A DNA stretch of 64,000 nucleotides from Acidocella sp. (GCA_965199045.1 CBDAQL010000004.1:627-64626), one strand, 5' to 3'. Counted from the first letter of the stretch, positions 36,839-47,330 are shown. Made by a program: numbers and translations. The notes: a model not told the origin generated them from the sequence alone.

Positions 36839-37822
36839 CTAGAGAATTGCAGACGATCTGACCAGTCTTTCAAACGTTTGTTGATAATAAATTTTGCGGT
36901 GGAGAAATAGTTTGTCGCGCAGTTTTCGTAACCGGGCCCGCGTTTGTAACGCATCAAGCTGTTGCCGGCTATATTGCCGGATCGGGAGACCCAGCTTCTG
37001 CAACGGCGCGAAGGCATTGATATAGGTTTCGTGATAAGGATGAAAAGGCACCGTCCAGGGCTTATCTCCACCGGCAAAATGCAAAATCTGCGGTGGCATC
37101 TTGCATTTCATTCCCCACTCCAAATACGAGGTTGCAAAATTCCATTGCGGAGCAAGACGTACCCAACGGTGCTTCGCAACCGCGTTTAAAGCACTCTGGT
37201 CATGGTAGAGACAGCGCGCGGTATTATTAATAAAATAGGTGAACGCATCTGCGCAGACATCCCGCCAGGTCTGGGTGTCGGCGAGCAGGACGCCAGAACT
37301 GAAATAGCCGGCGTCGTGATCAAGCCCAAGGCCATCGAAATAGGCGCGGGTTTGCCGGCCGACTCGACCAAGCTCACGACGACGGAAATAATACCGATCT
37401 TCGGCGGCGCCGATAAAGCCCTGCGGCAGCGAAGCTTCAAGAAGTTTTAGAGGGTCTCCCACCGGCCAGGTATCACCGTCAAGATATAGGATGCGCTTGT
37501 AGATGTCCGGAACCACATCGAGCATGAAAAATCGGCCGAGCGCTGAGATTGGAACATGCGTTTTGTTGAATGCTTGATGATTGAAGCCGCTGAAATAATC
37601 GAAGCTGAGGTGATCCAGATGAATGCTATGGGATGATGCAAACCCCGCCATACGATTAAACGCGTCCACCGGAATATTGGTCGTGACGATCCTGACATCG
37701 GCGCGTGCGGGGGGCACCTTTCGCCTAATTTCTAGAGCGGCGGCCAATGTCGGTAATGCAAAGTCCAGATCGGTCACAAAGAAAATCGCGCGGTCCGGAC
37801 CGGATTTTTTGATTACGTTCAT
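36839..37822 (-). CDS. Glycosyltransferase family 8
   Basis: RILYLDGD, YFSSGVLL, HDQSALN and ILHFAGGDKPW. Confidence 0.88.
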   Translation of the reverse strand: MNVIKKSGPDRAIFFVTDLDFALPTLAAALEIRRKVPPARADVRIVTTNIPVDAFNRMAGFASSHSIHLDHLSFDYFSGFNHQAFNKTHVPISALGRFFMLDVVPDIYKRILYLDGDTWPVGDPLKLLEASLPQGFIGAAEDRYYFRRRELGRVGRQTRAYFDGLGLDHDAGYFSSGVLLADTQTWRDVCADAFTYFINNTARCLYHDQSALNAVAKHRWVRLAPQWNFATSYLEWGMKCKMPPQILHFAGGDKPWTVPFHPYHETYINAFAPLQKLGLPIRQYSRQQLDALQTRARLRKLRDKLFLHRKIYYQQTFERLVRSSAIL

Positions 37823-37976
37823 GGTATATGATTTGCTCGGTTTTGGATGATCAGATCAAGCCGGGACGAAGCCATCGCGTATCATCAATTAGAAGGATAG
37901 GCCTAGTATTATCAAATATAGGTATTACCCATTTGTTCGCTTGCGCACGCCATGGAATCGTCTCAGGAACGCTAGT

Positions 37977-39458
37977 ATGAGGAAGGGGCAGCAAGTCGAG
38001 CTACCAACCCGCCCAAGTGGTCGAAGAATTGCCATCGGGGCCGGTGCATTTGGGGCTGTGAGCATTTTCAAAATGCTATTGCAGGTCTTGACGCTGCCGT
38101 TGATGGCGCGGCTGCTCGGCCCATCGGAGTTTGGCCTCTATTCGATCGCGATCCCTATCGTTGCGGTTGTCGGTATGATGTCCGATGGCGGCCTGGGAAT
38201 GTCGTTGATGAAGGAGCCGGATAATTCTCCGGTTTGGTCGACGGCATTTTGGACCTTGCTGGGTGCCGGTATCGTGTTGGCCCTATCATTGACCGGGGTA
38301 GGATTTGTGCTGGGCGACGTCCTGCACCAACCGCGGCTGCCAGGTATCATTGCCGCGTTATCCGTGACCATTATACTGATGACGATCTCGGTGACGCCGG
38401 TTGCTAGACTGGATCGTCAAGGGCGGATCAGTATTGGAGCTGTTGCCGATCTGGTCGGCAATCTCCTTGGCGTTTGTCTCGGCATTACGCTGGCATTCCG
38501 TGGCGCCGGCGCCTGGAGCCTGGTGGGTCAATATGTGACGATCTTTTTGGTGCGTGCCGTAGTGCTGAACAGCGCGGCATTCAAAATGCCGGCGTTTGAG
38601 TTTCGGCCTTCGACACTTCGTTCTCACTTCGCGACGGGCGGGCTGATTGTAAGCGTGCGAATGTCCGATTTCGCCGGAAGAATGGTTGAAAGTGTTTGCT
38701 TGGGCCGTGGTCTTGGAACGGCCGCGGTCGGCATCTACGCGTTTTCTAATCAGCTGCCTAGGTTTTTCTGTGAATCGTTTTCCAATCCACTTTGGCTGGC
38801 CCTTTATATCCGGGCGCTAAGTAACGAGCATGCCAACATCGCCGCTTTACACCGGCAATTTTCACGGTTGCTAGGGATGATCTTGTTTCCGGCAGCAGCA
38901 TTGTTCCTGGTGACCGCGCCGAACCTGGTGCCGTTATTCCTGGGCAAAAAATGGTCGGTCGCGGCGCCCTTGCTGCCGGTTTTTTTGGTAGCCTACGCGA
39001 TGAATGTCATTGCATCCCAGGGCGGTGCGTTGCTGCTGGCTGATGATCGCTATCATCGCCAGCTTTGGTGTACGATCGGGCTCAGTATTGCGAAAATCGT
39101 TGTCGTCTGTCTTGGCCCCTGGATCGGGTTGGCTGGCGTTGCATATGGCGTCTCTTGCATGCACGCAGTTTATGCGGCGGCGATGATCCTAGCATCCGCA
39201 ACGGTCAGCGGCACCAGTCCGCTATTCCTCATCAGAAGCCTGGTTGGGCCTTTGGCCGCCAGCGTGTTTTCCGGAGCGGTGGCGTGGGCATTTCTGCGCT
39301 TTTGGGGCGATAATTTGGTGGGAGTGGCGTTGTGCCTCAGCGTCGGAATTCTGGGCTACGGTGCTGCCATCATTCTGTTCGATCGCAAGTACCTGGTCTC
39401 CGATGTCGCGGTTCTAAGGAATGTAATTGGGCGGCGGCGAACACTGCCCGCCGGTTGA
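37977..39458 (+). CDS. wzx: Wzx-type flippase (PST family)
   Basis: LMARLLGPSEFG and LGTAAVGIYAF; 12-14 TM segments. Start refined to ATG 37977. Confidence 0.85.
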   Translation: MRKGQQVELPTRPSGRRIAIGAGAFGAVSIFKMLLQVLTLPLMARLLGPSEFGLYSIAIPIVAVVGMMSDGGLGMSLMKEPDNSPVWSTAFWTLLGAGIVLALSLTGVGFVLGDVLHQPRLPGIIAALSVTIILMTISVTPVARLDRQGRISIGAVADLVGNLLGVCLGITLAFRGAGAWSLVGQYVTIFLVRAVVLNSAAFKMPAFEFRPSTLRSHFATGGLIVSVRMSDFAGRMVESVCLGRGLGTAAVGIYAFSNQLPRFFCESFSNPLWLALYIRALSNEHANIAALHRQFSRLLGMILFPAAALFLVTAPNLVPLFLGKKWSVAAPLLPVFLVAYAMNVIASQGGALLLADDRYHRQLWCTIGLSIAKIVVVCLGPWIGLAGVAYGVSCMHAVYAAAMILASATVSGTSPLFLIRSLVGPLAASVFSGAVAWAFLRFWGDNLVGVALCLSVGILGYGAAIILFDRKYLVSDVAVLRNVIGRRRTLPAG

Positions 39459-39623
39459 GCCAAGAACCGCGCGCGATGCGCGATTCCAGCCGTTACCAAA
39501 GGCGTGCCATGGCATTTTTTAGAGAGTCATGTTCGCTGAATAGTGGAGGAGAAAGTCGTCCGAGCCCGGTCTACGCCGAGAACATCCAGAAACTTATAAA
39601 CCTGGCTGGCGCCGGATTGATTG

Positions 39624-40775
39624 TTATTGCGCGCATAACTCTCTGAATAATTCGACATGACGCTTGGCGTAGTGGCGCGAGCTGAGGCCGGCTTCGGTGA
39701 GCCTGCGGCGGGAGTTTGCAATCAACGACTGCTGCAGCTCCGGATTGCGCGCGAGATGGCGTATGGCGCTCGCCATTTGCCGGGAATCGCCCGGATCGAC
39801 GTAGAGAACATCTTCTTCTTGAAAATAGGCTTCCAGGCCTCCCACATTCGTACTTATAACGGGCACTCCAAGAATGGCGGCTTCCTCGATGACAGTGATG
39901 CCGGAGGCATGGAAGTTCGGCTGTAGCGGGAGCACGAGCATGTCTGCCCACGCGAACTGGGAAAGCAGATCATCGTTATGCTGGACTTTAAGGACGCTGA
40001 TATTATCGTATTCGCCGCCTAATTTGTACTTGGTTGTAAGCAGACGAACTTCTATGTCTGTTTTGTCGCCGGTTGCGTCAATTAAAGTGGCCCAATCCCG
40101 ATGGCGGTCATTGCCAACTGATAGGACGCGGATTTTGCGCTCCTTGAATACTGGGCGCGGCAATGCGGGAAAGTTTGTGTTGATACCAAATTTTATGAAT
40201 TCGACGCGTGTCCGCGGGAATAGCGCAGCCGCGGATCCGGCGTTGAAGGGCGACAGGAATGTAAGAATATCCGCTTTGGCTAAAAGTCTCGTATAGAGCG
40301 CTTTGCGGAAATAATTGAGACGATGCCATTCATCGATCAACCATATCACCTGCCCTATAAGTTTCGGACGAGCGGCATGTTTGGAAATTGTCAACAGCCC
40401 AAGGACGGCGAGGGTTTGGGATTCCGTATGGGTCCACACCACGTCGGAGCGCAAGATCTCCGCGCGATTTCTCCAAGCATGGATAAAGTCGAAACCCAGG
40501 AAAAAACGCAAACCATAGCGCATGATTTTCTGAAGCGCATTTTCGGGATGGTCTTTCGAATAGATGACGGTGGCGCCAAATTGTGCTGCGTGATGGTAAC
40601 CGTAGGGGAACTCTTCGTTTAGGCCAAGAATTTTGCCGGCGCGCCAGTTTTGTTGCCACGTCCTCGCGTCATAGCCGTAGGCCACGTGAACATAGGCATT
40701 GAAGGGCGCCGCAGGCGCTTCGACAGGATCGGCAGACAAAGCCGCCAGTTGCTTAAGTTCTTGGAGGGCGGACAT
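39624..40775 (-). CDS. Glycosyltransferase family 4 (GT-B)
   Basis: SVGNDRHRD and ASGITVIEEAAILGVPVIST (EX7E-type region). Confidence 0.85.
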   Translation of the reverse strand: MSALQELKQLAALSADPVEAPAAPFNAYVHVAYGYDARTWQQNWRAGKILGLNEEFPYGYHHAAQFGATVIYSKDHPENALQKIMRYGLRFFLGFDFIHAWRNRAEILRSDVVWTHTESQTLAVLGLLTISKHAARPKLIGQVIWLIDEWHRLNYFRKALYTRLLAKADILTFLSPFNAGSAAALFPRTRVEFIKFGINTNFPALPRPVFKERKIRVLSVGNDRHRDWATLIDATGDKTDIEVRLLTTKYKLGGEYDNISVLKVQHNDDLLSQFAWADMLVLPLQPNFHASGITVIEEAAILGVPVISTNVGGLEAYFQEEDVLYVDPGDSRQMASAIRHLARNPELQQSLIANSRRRLTEAGLSSRHYAKRHVELFRELCAQ

Positions 40776-40948
40776 TACACGCTTCCTTTCTGCTTGCTAG
40801 CGATGCAACCGCGGTAAGCTCCCTTTGGATGAACCAAGGGCAGGCGGAAAATGACGATTTTGGAGCCGCTGATTCCGTAAATTTCCTTTATCCTCGGTTG
40901 TACTTTTTCAATTCCTCGATTGCACTAGAACGTTGCGGATCTTCGTGA

Positions 40949-42367
40949 TCAGTTGGAAAGCTCACTTTGCGGGCCGGCTATCTGCCCATTGAAATTCAGG
41001 ACCTCGATTAAGGCGTCGATGTCCCGCGTTTCCGTGCGGCCATTTGGGACACAGATCCGAATGACATCCTCGCCCTCGAAGCTGGCGAGAGAAATCCAGA
41101 ATTGACCGGAACCGACAATTTCCTCGACAATTTGCTGGACCGGTTTGAAGCCTTCAGGCGGTGTGACGCATAACACGCCCAGCGCATTCGGATTTGCAGT
41201 TTTCCAATGTGTCGCTTCCAGACCGGTCCGCAGAAGATTGATCAGCATCAGCGTGTGTTCGACATGCTGAGCGTAGCCTTGCCAGCCTGATACCGACAGG
41301 TTCATAAAAAGCCGCAATCCTGAAAATCTGCGCGACCACAAAACTGAATTAGCATAGGGGTCTTGGGGCGACCCGCCGGCGGGCATAAAGGGCGCTGAGG
41401 TTCCAAATACCCGGTTCAGCACACCGGTCCTTTTGCTGATGAACATACCGCACGCCATAGTGGCCGCAAACCATTTATGTGCGTCTATGGTTACAGAGTC
41501 AGCAAGCTCAATCCCGGCCAGTTGAACGCGAGCGTGGCTGGATGCAATGGCAGCCGCCCCCCAAGCCGCATCTACATGAAACCATGCGCTGGCTTCGGCG
41601 GCAATATTTGCACAGTCGGCCAGCGGGTCCACCATGCCTGCTACCGTGGTACCCGCGGTACCCACGACCATTACTGGCAGCAGGCCGTTTTCAACATCGC
41701 TCGCCACCGCGTCGCGTAGTGCATCGCTGCTCATGCGGCCATGCCCATCCGTTTCGATCATTCGTACTGCAAGACGGCCGATACCTGCCTGGTGCGCAAT
41801 TTTATGCCAGGCGGCATGCGCATCTTGGGATATATATAGCGCCGGCGGCGCCCGGAACGCGCGGGCGCCATTTTGGCTGAATGCAGGGTTGAGTTCAGTT
41901 AGGGCACAGATCAGGGCAGTAAAATTTGCCTCGCTCCCACCATTTGTGAAATGCCCCGTACTGTCTAAGGGAAATCCAAGCTGACGGGCGACCTGCGCGA
42001 TGACATGGGCTTCAAGTGCGACGGCGGCCGGCGACGTGCTGGCCGAAGCCAGTTGGAGGTTAAATGAGGCGATGATTTGTTCCGCCAGCAATGAGGGTCC
42101 GGCGGGTGCTGCGTTGAACAGGCCAAAATAACGCGGATGCGTGATTTGGACATTGCCGTCCCGCATCCGCTCAACCAACCAGGGCAACAATTTCTGCAGT
42201 TGGACCGGTGCTTTAAAATCGAAATCTGAAAGTTCTCCGGCAAATTTTCGCGCGTCGAACTCCGGCGCCACTCGCCCATGCCGCATTTGAAGATGCATAT
42301 CCTCCAGCAACTCGCGGAGGAACTCTTCCATCAGTTTCTGGTCCTTCGGATCGGGAAACAAAGCCAT
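40949..42367 (-). CDS. Group II PLP-dependent amino-acid decarboxylase
   Basis: HPRYFG, TNGGSEAN, GTAGTT, WFHVDAAWG and the PLP lysine in DSVTIDAHKW. Start taken as ATG 42367. Confidence 0.88.
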   Translation of the reverse strand: MALFPDPKDQKLMEEFLRELLEDMHLQMRHGRVAPEFDARKFAGELSDFDFKAPVQLQKLLPWLVERMRDGNVQITHPRYFGLFNAAPAGPSLLAEQIIASFNLQLASASTSPAAVALEAHVIAQVARQLGFPLDSTGHFTNGGSEANFTALICALTELNPAFSQNGARAFRAPPALYISQDAHAAWHKIAHQAGIGRLAVRMIETDGHGRMSSDALRDAVASDVENGLLPVMVVGTAGTTVAGMVDPLADCANIAAEASAWFHVDAAWGAAAIASSHARVQLAGIELADSVTIDAHKWFAATMACGMFISKRTGVLNRVFGTSAPFMPAGGSPQDPYANSVLWSRRFSGLRLFMNLSVSGWQGYAQHVEHTLMLINLLRTGLEATHWKTANPNALGVLCVTPPEGFKPVQQIVEEIVGSGQFWISLASFEGEDVIRICVPNGRTETRDIDALIEVLNFNGQIAGPQSELSN

Positions 42368-42813
42368 GCGCAAATTTTTTGTAGTCTCACAATTCACGTT
42401 AGCGTCTCGCAATGGTGGTGGCGGCTGGCTCGGCGCCGTGTTCTGGCGCCCGTGATAATGCGGCAGTTTTGTTGTTATGCGGCGCGTATCCAGCGGAGAT
42501 GGCCACGATATCAGGCAACATAAAAAGCTCCCGGCGCTTTAGTTGGATGTAAGTCTGGTTGAAACAATGAAGCTGGATCCACGAGATACGACGAAATGCG
42601 ACGTTATTGATGCCGGAAATTGTCGGGTTTCTTCAACTTGACCAAAAGGAGAGGTTTCACGGCAATTTTATCTTAAGAGGTAGGCTTATACCCATCGGAC
42701 ATTCTCTCTAGACGAAAGGCGAACCGAGCGTCCTCAGCCTCTGCGGACCGTGAGAACGTGCGCTCTAGATCCTGCATCGCAGAGGTAACTTCGCAGATTG
42801 ATGATACCGTAGT

Positions 42814-42837
42814 GGCGGCAAAACGAATTTCGCCGCC
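42814..42837 (-). terminator. GC-rich hairpin with UUCG loop just downstream of cimA
   Basis: Minus strand GGCGGCGAAA-TTCG-TTTTGCCGCC, a 10-bp stem; no clear U-tract follows. Confidence 0.45.
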
Positions 42838-42860
42838 GGCGCGTTGGCTGTGTTTTTTTC

Positions 42861-44498
42861 CTAGGAAGCCTGTTTCAATAGTATTTGCTCGCAGCAGAGC
42901 AGACGGTATTTGAACGCGTCACGGAATGCGAGCAGGCAAGCACCCATTATGTCTGCCGCCACTCCGACTGTCGCCCAATGGTCCAACGCGGGCATTTCGA
43001 CGTCATGGCATTCGATAACGACGCGGGTCATCGGCGCCTCGCCTTCTCGCCGTCCCAGGTTGTGAGTTCGACAATGCAGCATGCGTAAGCCGGACAGTTC
43101 CGGAAAGCTTGGGCTTAACACGGCGTGCAAGGCCGCCTCCATCGCAGCCAGCAAATCCTTGCGTGTCATATCCGCCTTCTTGAACTCGCCGCCGATTTTG
43201 GCTTCGATGGCGGCACTGCAAAGTACGGAGACTTCGTTTTTATTTTTCCAGCCACGCATTTCGGTGACGCGGAAAGAAAGAATATCGAAAAGTGCCGGCT
43301 TGTCATCCAGCGTTTCGCGTGCGAGCAATTCGAAACTGGCTTCGGCGCCATCGAAACTCCAGCCTTCGAATTCGAGCATTTTTACCTGTTCGACAAGCTT
43401 TGCGAGTCGCGGATCATCGGCGGATAGGATGATGCCCAGTTGGGCCAAACGATTAAGCAGGTTGGCGCGGCCCGCCTGGTTGGAGACCAAAATACGACGC
43501 CGATTGCCAACCAACTCTGGCACAACATGTTCATAGCTGCTGCTGTCGCGGGTAACTGCCGCGGCATGCAAACCCGCTTTATGCGCGAAAGCGCTTTCGC
43601 CGACATATGGGGCATGTCTATTGGGGACACGGTTCAACCGCTGGTCCAGCGCCCGGCTTATTTCAGTGAGGCGACGCAGCCCGTCCTCACTCACACCGGT
43701 TATATATCCGAGTTTCAGGATCAAGGTTGGGATCAATGTTGTCAGGTTGGCGTTGCCGCAACGCTCGCCTAATCCGTTCAACGTGCCCTGGATCATCCTG
43801 GCGCCGGCAGCTACCGCTGCGAGGCTGCCAGCAACCGCGGTTTCTGTATCATTATGCGTGTGAATGCCAATGGCGGCTCCGGGCAGGGCGGCCACGACCT
43901 CACTGACAATGCGGGAAATCTGCTCGGGGAGGGTGCCGCCATTGGTGTCGCATAACACCAGCCACGCAGCGCCATCCGCTAGCGCACGCTGCAGGCAGGA
44001 TAAGGCATATGCTGGATTGCGTAGATAGCCGTCGAAGAAATGCTCGGCGTCGAACAAGACCTCGTGGCCGAAGCCGGCGGCCTCCGCTACGGCGCTGCCG
44101 ATCAGGTCCAGGTTTTCCAAAGGCGTCACGCCAAGCGCAATTTCTGCGGCAAGATCGGAGGCTTTGCCAACCAGGCAAATTGTCGCCGTTCCGGCTTTTA
44201 GTACGGCACCGAGACCAGGGTCGTTGGAGGCGCTACGCCCTGGTCGTCGCGTTGCGCCAAAGGCTGTTAGCCTGGCATGACGGAACTGCGGAGGATTAGC
44301 GAAAAACGCGTCGTCCGTTGGGTTGGCGCCTGGCCAACCAGCCTCAATGTAATCGATACCGAGTTGATCTAGTTCGGTTGCGATTATCTGCTTGTCCAAG
44401 GTGGAGAAGTCGACCCCTTGTGTCTGCGCGCCGTCACGCAGCGTCGTATCGTAAAGAACGATGCGGCGCGCTGCCGGCAGCATGGCGGCTTTGACCAT
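42861..44498 (-). CDS. cimA: Citramalate synthase homologue (LeuA/CimA, DRE-TIM family)
   Basis: LYDTTLRDGAQ, YIEAGWPGANP, LCDTNGG, IHTHND, GERCGNANL and AFAHKAGLH; starts 3 nt after the NRPS stop. Confidence 0.85.
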   Translation of the reverse strand: MVKAAMLPAARRIVLYDTTLRDGAQTQGVDFSTLDKQIIATELDQLGIDYIEAGWPGANPTDDAFFANPPQFRHARLTAFGATRRPGRSASNDPGLGAVLKAGTATICLVGKASDLAAEIALGVTPLENLDLIGSAVAEAAGFGHEVLFDAEHFFDGYLRNPAYALSCLQRALADGAAWLVLCDTNGGTLPEQISRIVSEVVAALPGAAIGIHTHNDTETAVAGSLAAVAAGARMIQGTLNGLGERCGNANLTTLIPTLILKLGYITGVSEDGLRRLTEISRALDQRLNRVPNRHAPYVGESAFAHKAGLHAAAVTRDSSSYEHVVPELVGNRRRILVSNQAGRANLLNRLAQLGIILSADDPRLAKLVEQVKMLEFEGWSFDGAEASFELLARETLDDKPALFDILSFRVTEMRGWKNKNEVSVLCSAAIEAKIGGEFKKADMTRKDLLAAMEAALHAVLSPSFPELSGLRMLHCRTHNLGRREGEAPMTRVVIECHDVEMPALDHWATVGVAADIMGACLLAFRDAFKYRLLCCEQILLKQAS

Positions 44499-44501
44499 GG
44501 C

Positions 44502-47330
44502 CTATACGACCGCAGGCGCGGGTGCTGGGGCGCCGGACAATCTTTCCGATTGCGTTGCTTGCGATAGGTGACTGGTCTGCTGGCTTGCGGCCCGCGAATT
44601 GATCGTGCAGGTCAGATCGTTTGCAGGCACTTTGGCCAACGCGTCGTGACGCTTGAGAAGGACCTCGATCTGTTCTGATAAGAAAACGGCATGCTGATCG
44701 GTCAAAATTGAAAGATGATCACCCTCGGATTGTATAATTTCAAAGCCGCCACTGAAGAGATTGCGCCATCCATGGGCGCGGTCGTAGCCAGGCAGCATAT
44801 CCACATCGGCCTTGGCGCGTATGAGCACGCCCTTCGCATCGAGCGAGGTTGGCCGCCACCGCGCGCCGATCAGTTTCGCCATTCGATAGACGATCCACAT
44901 CCCGACCGGATTACTTTTGCTATCGAAATAGCCGGAGGGCCGGTCGGCCTCGGTCTCGTTCCGGGCGGTGTGCTGCCGGCGGTGACTGATGATATCGAGA
45001 CGATATCCTATGGCGGTCGGAATAGACGATACCTGCCAGCAAATAAGGCGCCAGGCCTGCGCGGCGGCCTTGCCAAGACGCGCCATGGAGGCACCCGCAT
45101 CGGCAGGCCGCAGGGATAGGCCGCTGATGGTTTTCCATCCGCTGCGAATGACGGTTGCAACCTTGCTCAACCCGCTCCAGGTAAAGGCCCGCGAGTCAAT
45201 AAGGAGCAGGAAGGCAGCGTGCCCGCCGGCGCGCTGCAACGCATGCGCGGCTTCAAATGCGATTTTTCCGCCGAGCGAATAACCGACGATAACGCAAGGC
45301 GCCTTGCCGGCGTGGTCGATTAGCGCGCGGCCGAAGGGTTCGCTAAGCTCCTCCATGGTCGGCATATTCTTTTTATCCGCGATCCCGACCGCCTCGATCC
45401 ATTGCACCGGCAGCAATGCGTCGATTAGAAACACGCTCCGATTTTCAGCGATCAACTCGGCCAGCCGATATTCGTCTGGCCGCGCACCCATGAAATAGAT
45501 CGGCAAGCCGTTATTGCCACTTTGCAGAGGGATCACCTGCGTCATACCCGTGCTCAAGCGGTGCCGGGATAGCTCCGCCGCCAGCGCCGCGATGGTTGGC
45601 CGCTGGAAGAACACCGGTATACTCACACGCATGTTCAACGCCTTGTTGATTTCGTTGATCATGCGCAGCGCTAGCAGCGAATGACCGCCTAAATCGAAAA
45701 AATTATCCTGCGGCTCAACCTCGGGAAGCTCCAGCATTTCCATCCAGATGCCGGCGAGCAGTTGCTCAATGGGGGTGACGGGTTTGGCATATTCCGTGTT
45801 TGCTTGCGCCACCCGCAGCTGCGGTGCCGGCAGCGCCTTGCGGTCAACCTTGCCGCTTGGCGTTAAAGGAAAAGCGATCAGCGGCACAAACGCAGCGGGG
45901 ATCATGTAGCCCGGGAGCCGTTCGCCAAGGAACTGACGAAGCTCCTGGGTTGAGATATCCTGGCCGTGGGCCGGCACGAAATAAGCGGCGAGATTTTGCA
46001 TTCCGTCGGTCCCGGCATAGGCGATGGCGACGCTTCGTTCGATATCCGGATGGCTTAGCAGAACACTCTCGATCTCCCCGAGCTCGATGCGATGACCGCG
46101 TATTTTGACCTGATGATCGATGCGTCCCAGAAACTCCAGCTTGCCGTCGCCCAAACGTTTTACCAGGTCGCCGGTGCGGTACATGATCGCCCCCGGCTCG
46201 GCGAAGGGGTCTTTGATGAAGCGTTCGGCATTCAGCTCCGGCCGGTTGAGATAGCCGCGTGCAACCGCGCCGCCGCCGATATAAAGCTCGCCCGGAACCC
46301 CCAATGGGACCAGCTGGGACGCGCTGTCCAACACGTAAAAGCGGGTATTAGGGATGGGCCGTCCGATGACCACTGGGCAGCCTGTTTCTACCTTGGCGAC
46401 CGCGGACCATACGGTGGTCTCGGTGGGTCCATACATGTTCCATAGCGTGCGGCAACGGCTGAGCAGCTGTTCGGCCAGGACCGTACCCCAGGCTTCGCCG
46501 CCGCAAAGGATTTTCAGATCCGCGGCGCCTTGCCAACCGGCGTCCAGCAGCATCTGCAAGGTGGCCGGGGTTGCCTGCATAACGGTGACGCCGGCGTCTT
46601 CGATCAGCTGCCGCAATGCGCCGCCATCACGCGCGGTTTCGCTGGAGGCAATAACGGCGGAGCCGCCAGTGCTCAGTGGCAGGAAAATCTCCAGCAGCGA
46701 GATATCGAAAGCTATGGTGGTAAGCGCCAGCATTCTGTCGGTGGCAAGAAATCCAGGCCGGCGCTGCATCGCGGTAAGCATGTCGACGACACCGCCGTGC
46801 TTGACCTGAACGCCCTTCGGGTTGCCGGTCGAGCCGGACGTGTAAATCACATAGGCAAGATTATCGGCTGTGAGATCGCTGGACGGCGCATCACCGTTTG
46901 GCGCCGAAGCAGCCTGCAGGTGCTGCTCCGCAGCGCTATCAAAAATATCGTCCACCAGCAGCAGCCGGGCCTTGCTTGCCGGCAATAAGCGTTGCGATTT
47001 GCGTTCGGTAAGCACGGCCAGCGGTTTTGCATCTTCCAGCATGTAGGCGAGACGCTTATCCGGCAAAGCCGGGTCCAGCGGCACATAGGCGCCACCGGCC
47101 TTCAGCACACCCAGCATGCCGGCAATCATGTCGGGCGACCGGTCGATACAGAGCCCGACCAACGTTTCCGGTCCCACGCCAATCGCGCGCAATTCCTGCG
47201 CGATCGCTTCGGCGCGCTGGTTCAGCGCGCGATAGCTCAGCCTGGACGATCCAAAGCTTAGCGCCTCGGCATCGGGGGTACGTGATAACTGAGCTTCGAA
47301 CAGTCTATGAATAAGCTTCATCTTCTTCAT
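44502..47330 (-). CDS. NRPS A-PCP-TE module (glycine-type A domain)
   Basis: YTSGSTGNPKG, AFDIS, YGPTE, YRTGD, QVKIRGHRIELGEIE, PSGKVDR; PCP LGGHSL; TE GYSLGG. Confidence 0.93.
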   Translation of the reverse strand: MKKMKLIHRLFEAQLSRTPDAEALSFGSSRLSYRALNQRAEAIAQELRAIGVGPETLVGLCIDRSPDMIAGMLGVLKAGGAYVPLDPALPDKRLAYMLEDAKPLAVLTERKSQRLLPASKARLLLVDDIFDSAAEQHLQAASAPNGDAPSSDLTADNLAYVIYTSGSTGNPKGVQVKHGGVVDMLTAMQRRPGFLATDRMLALTTIAFDISLLEIFLPLSTGGSAVIASSETARDGGALRQLIEDAGVTVMQATPATLQMLLDAGWQGAADLKILCGGEAWGTVLAEQLLSRCRTLWNMYGPTETTVWSAVAKVETGCPVVIGRPIPNTRFYVLDSASQLVPLGVPGELYIGGGAVARGYLNRPELNAERFIKDPFAEPGAIMYRTGDLVKRLGDGKLEFLGRIDHQVKIRGHRIELGEIESVLLSHPDIERSVAIAYAGTDGMQNLAAYFVPAHGQDISTQELRQFLGERLPGYMIPAAFVPLIAFPLTPSGKVDRKALPAPQLRVAQANTEYAKPVTPIEQLLAGIWMEMLELPEVEPQDNFFDLGGHSLLALRMINEINKALNMRVSIPVFFQRPTIAALAAELSRHRLSTGMTQVIPLQSGNNGLPIYFMGARPDEYRLAELIAENRSVFLIDALLPVQWIEAVGIADKKNMPTMEELSEPFGRALIDHAGKAPCVIVGYSLGGKIAFEAAHALQRAGGHAAFLLLIDSRAFTWSGLSKVATVIRSGWKTISGLSLRPADAGASMARLGKAAAQAWRLICWQVSSIPTAIGYRLDIISHRRQHTARNETEADRPSGYFDSKSNPVGMWIVYRMAKLIGARWRPTSLDAKGVLIRAKADVDMLPGYDRAHGWRNLFSGGFEIIQSEGDHLSILTDQHAVFLSEQIEVLLKRHDALAKVPANDLTCTINSRAASQQTSHLSQATQSERLSGAPAPAPAVV

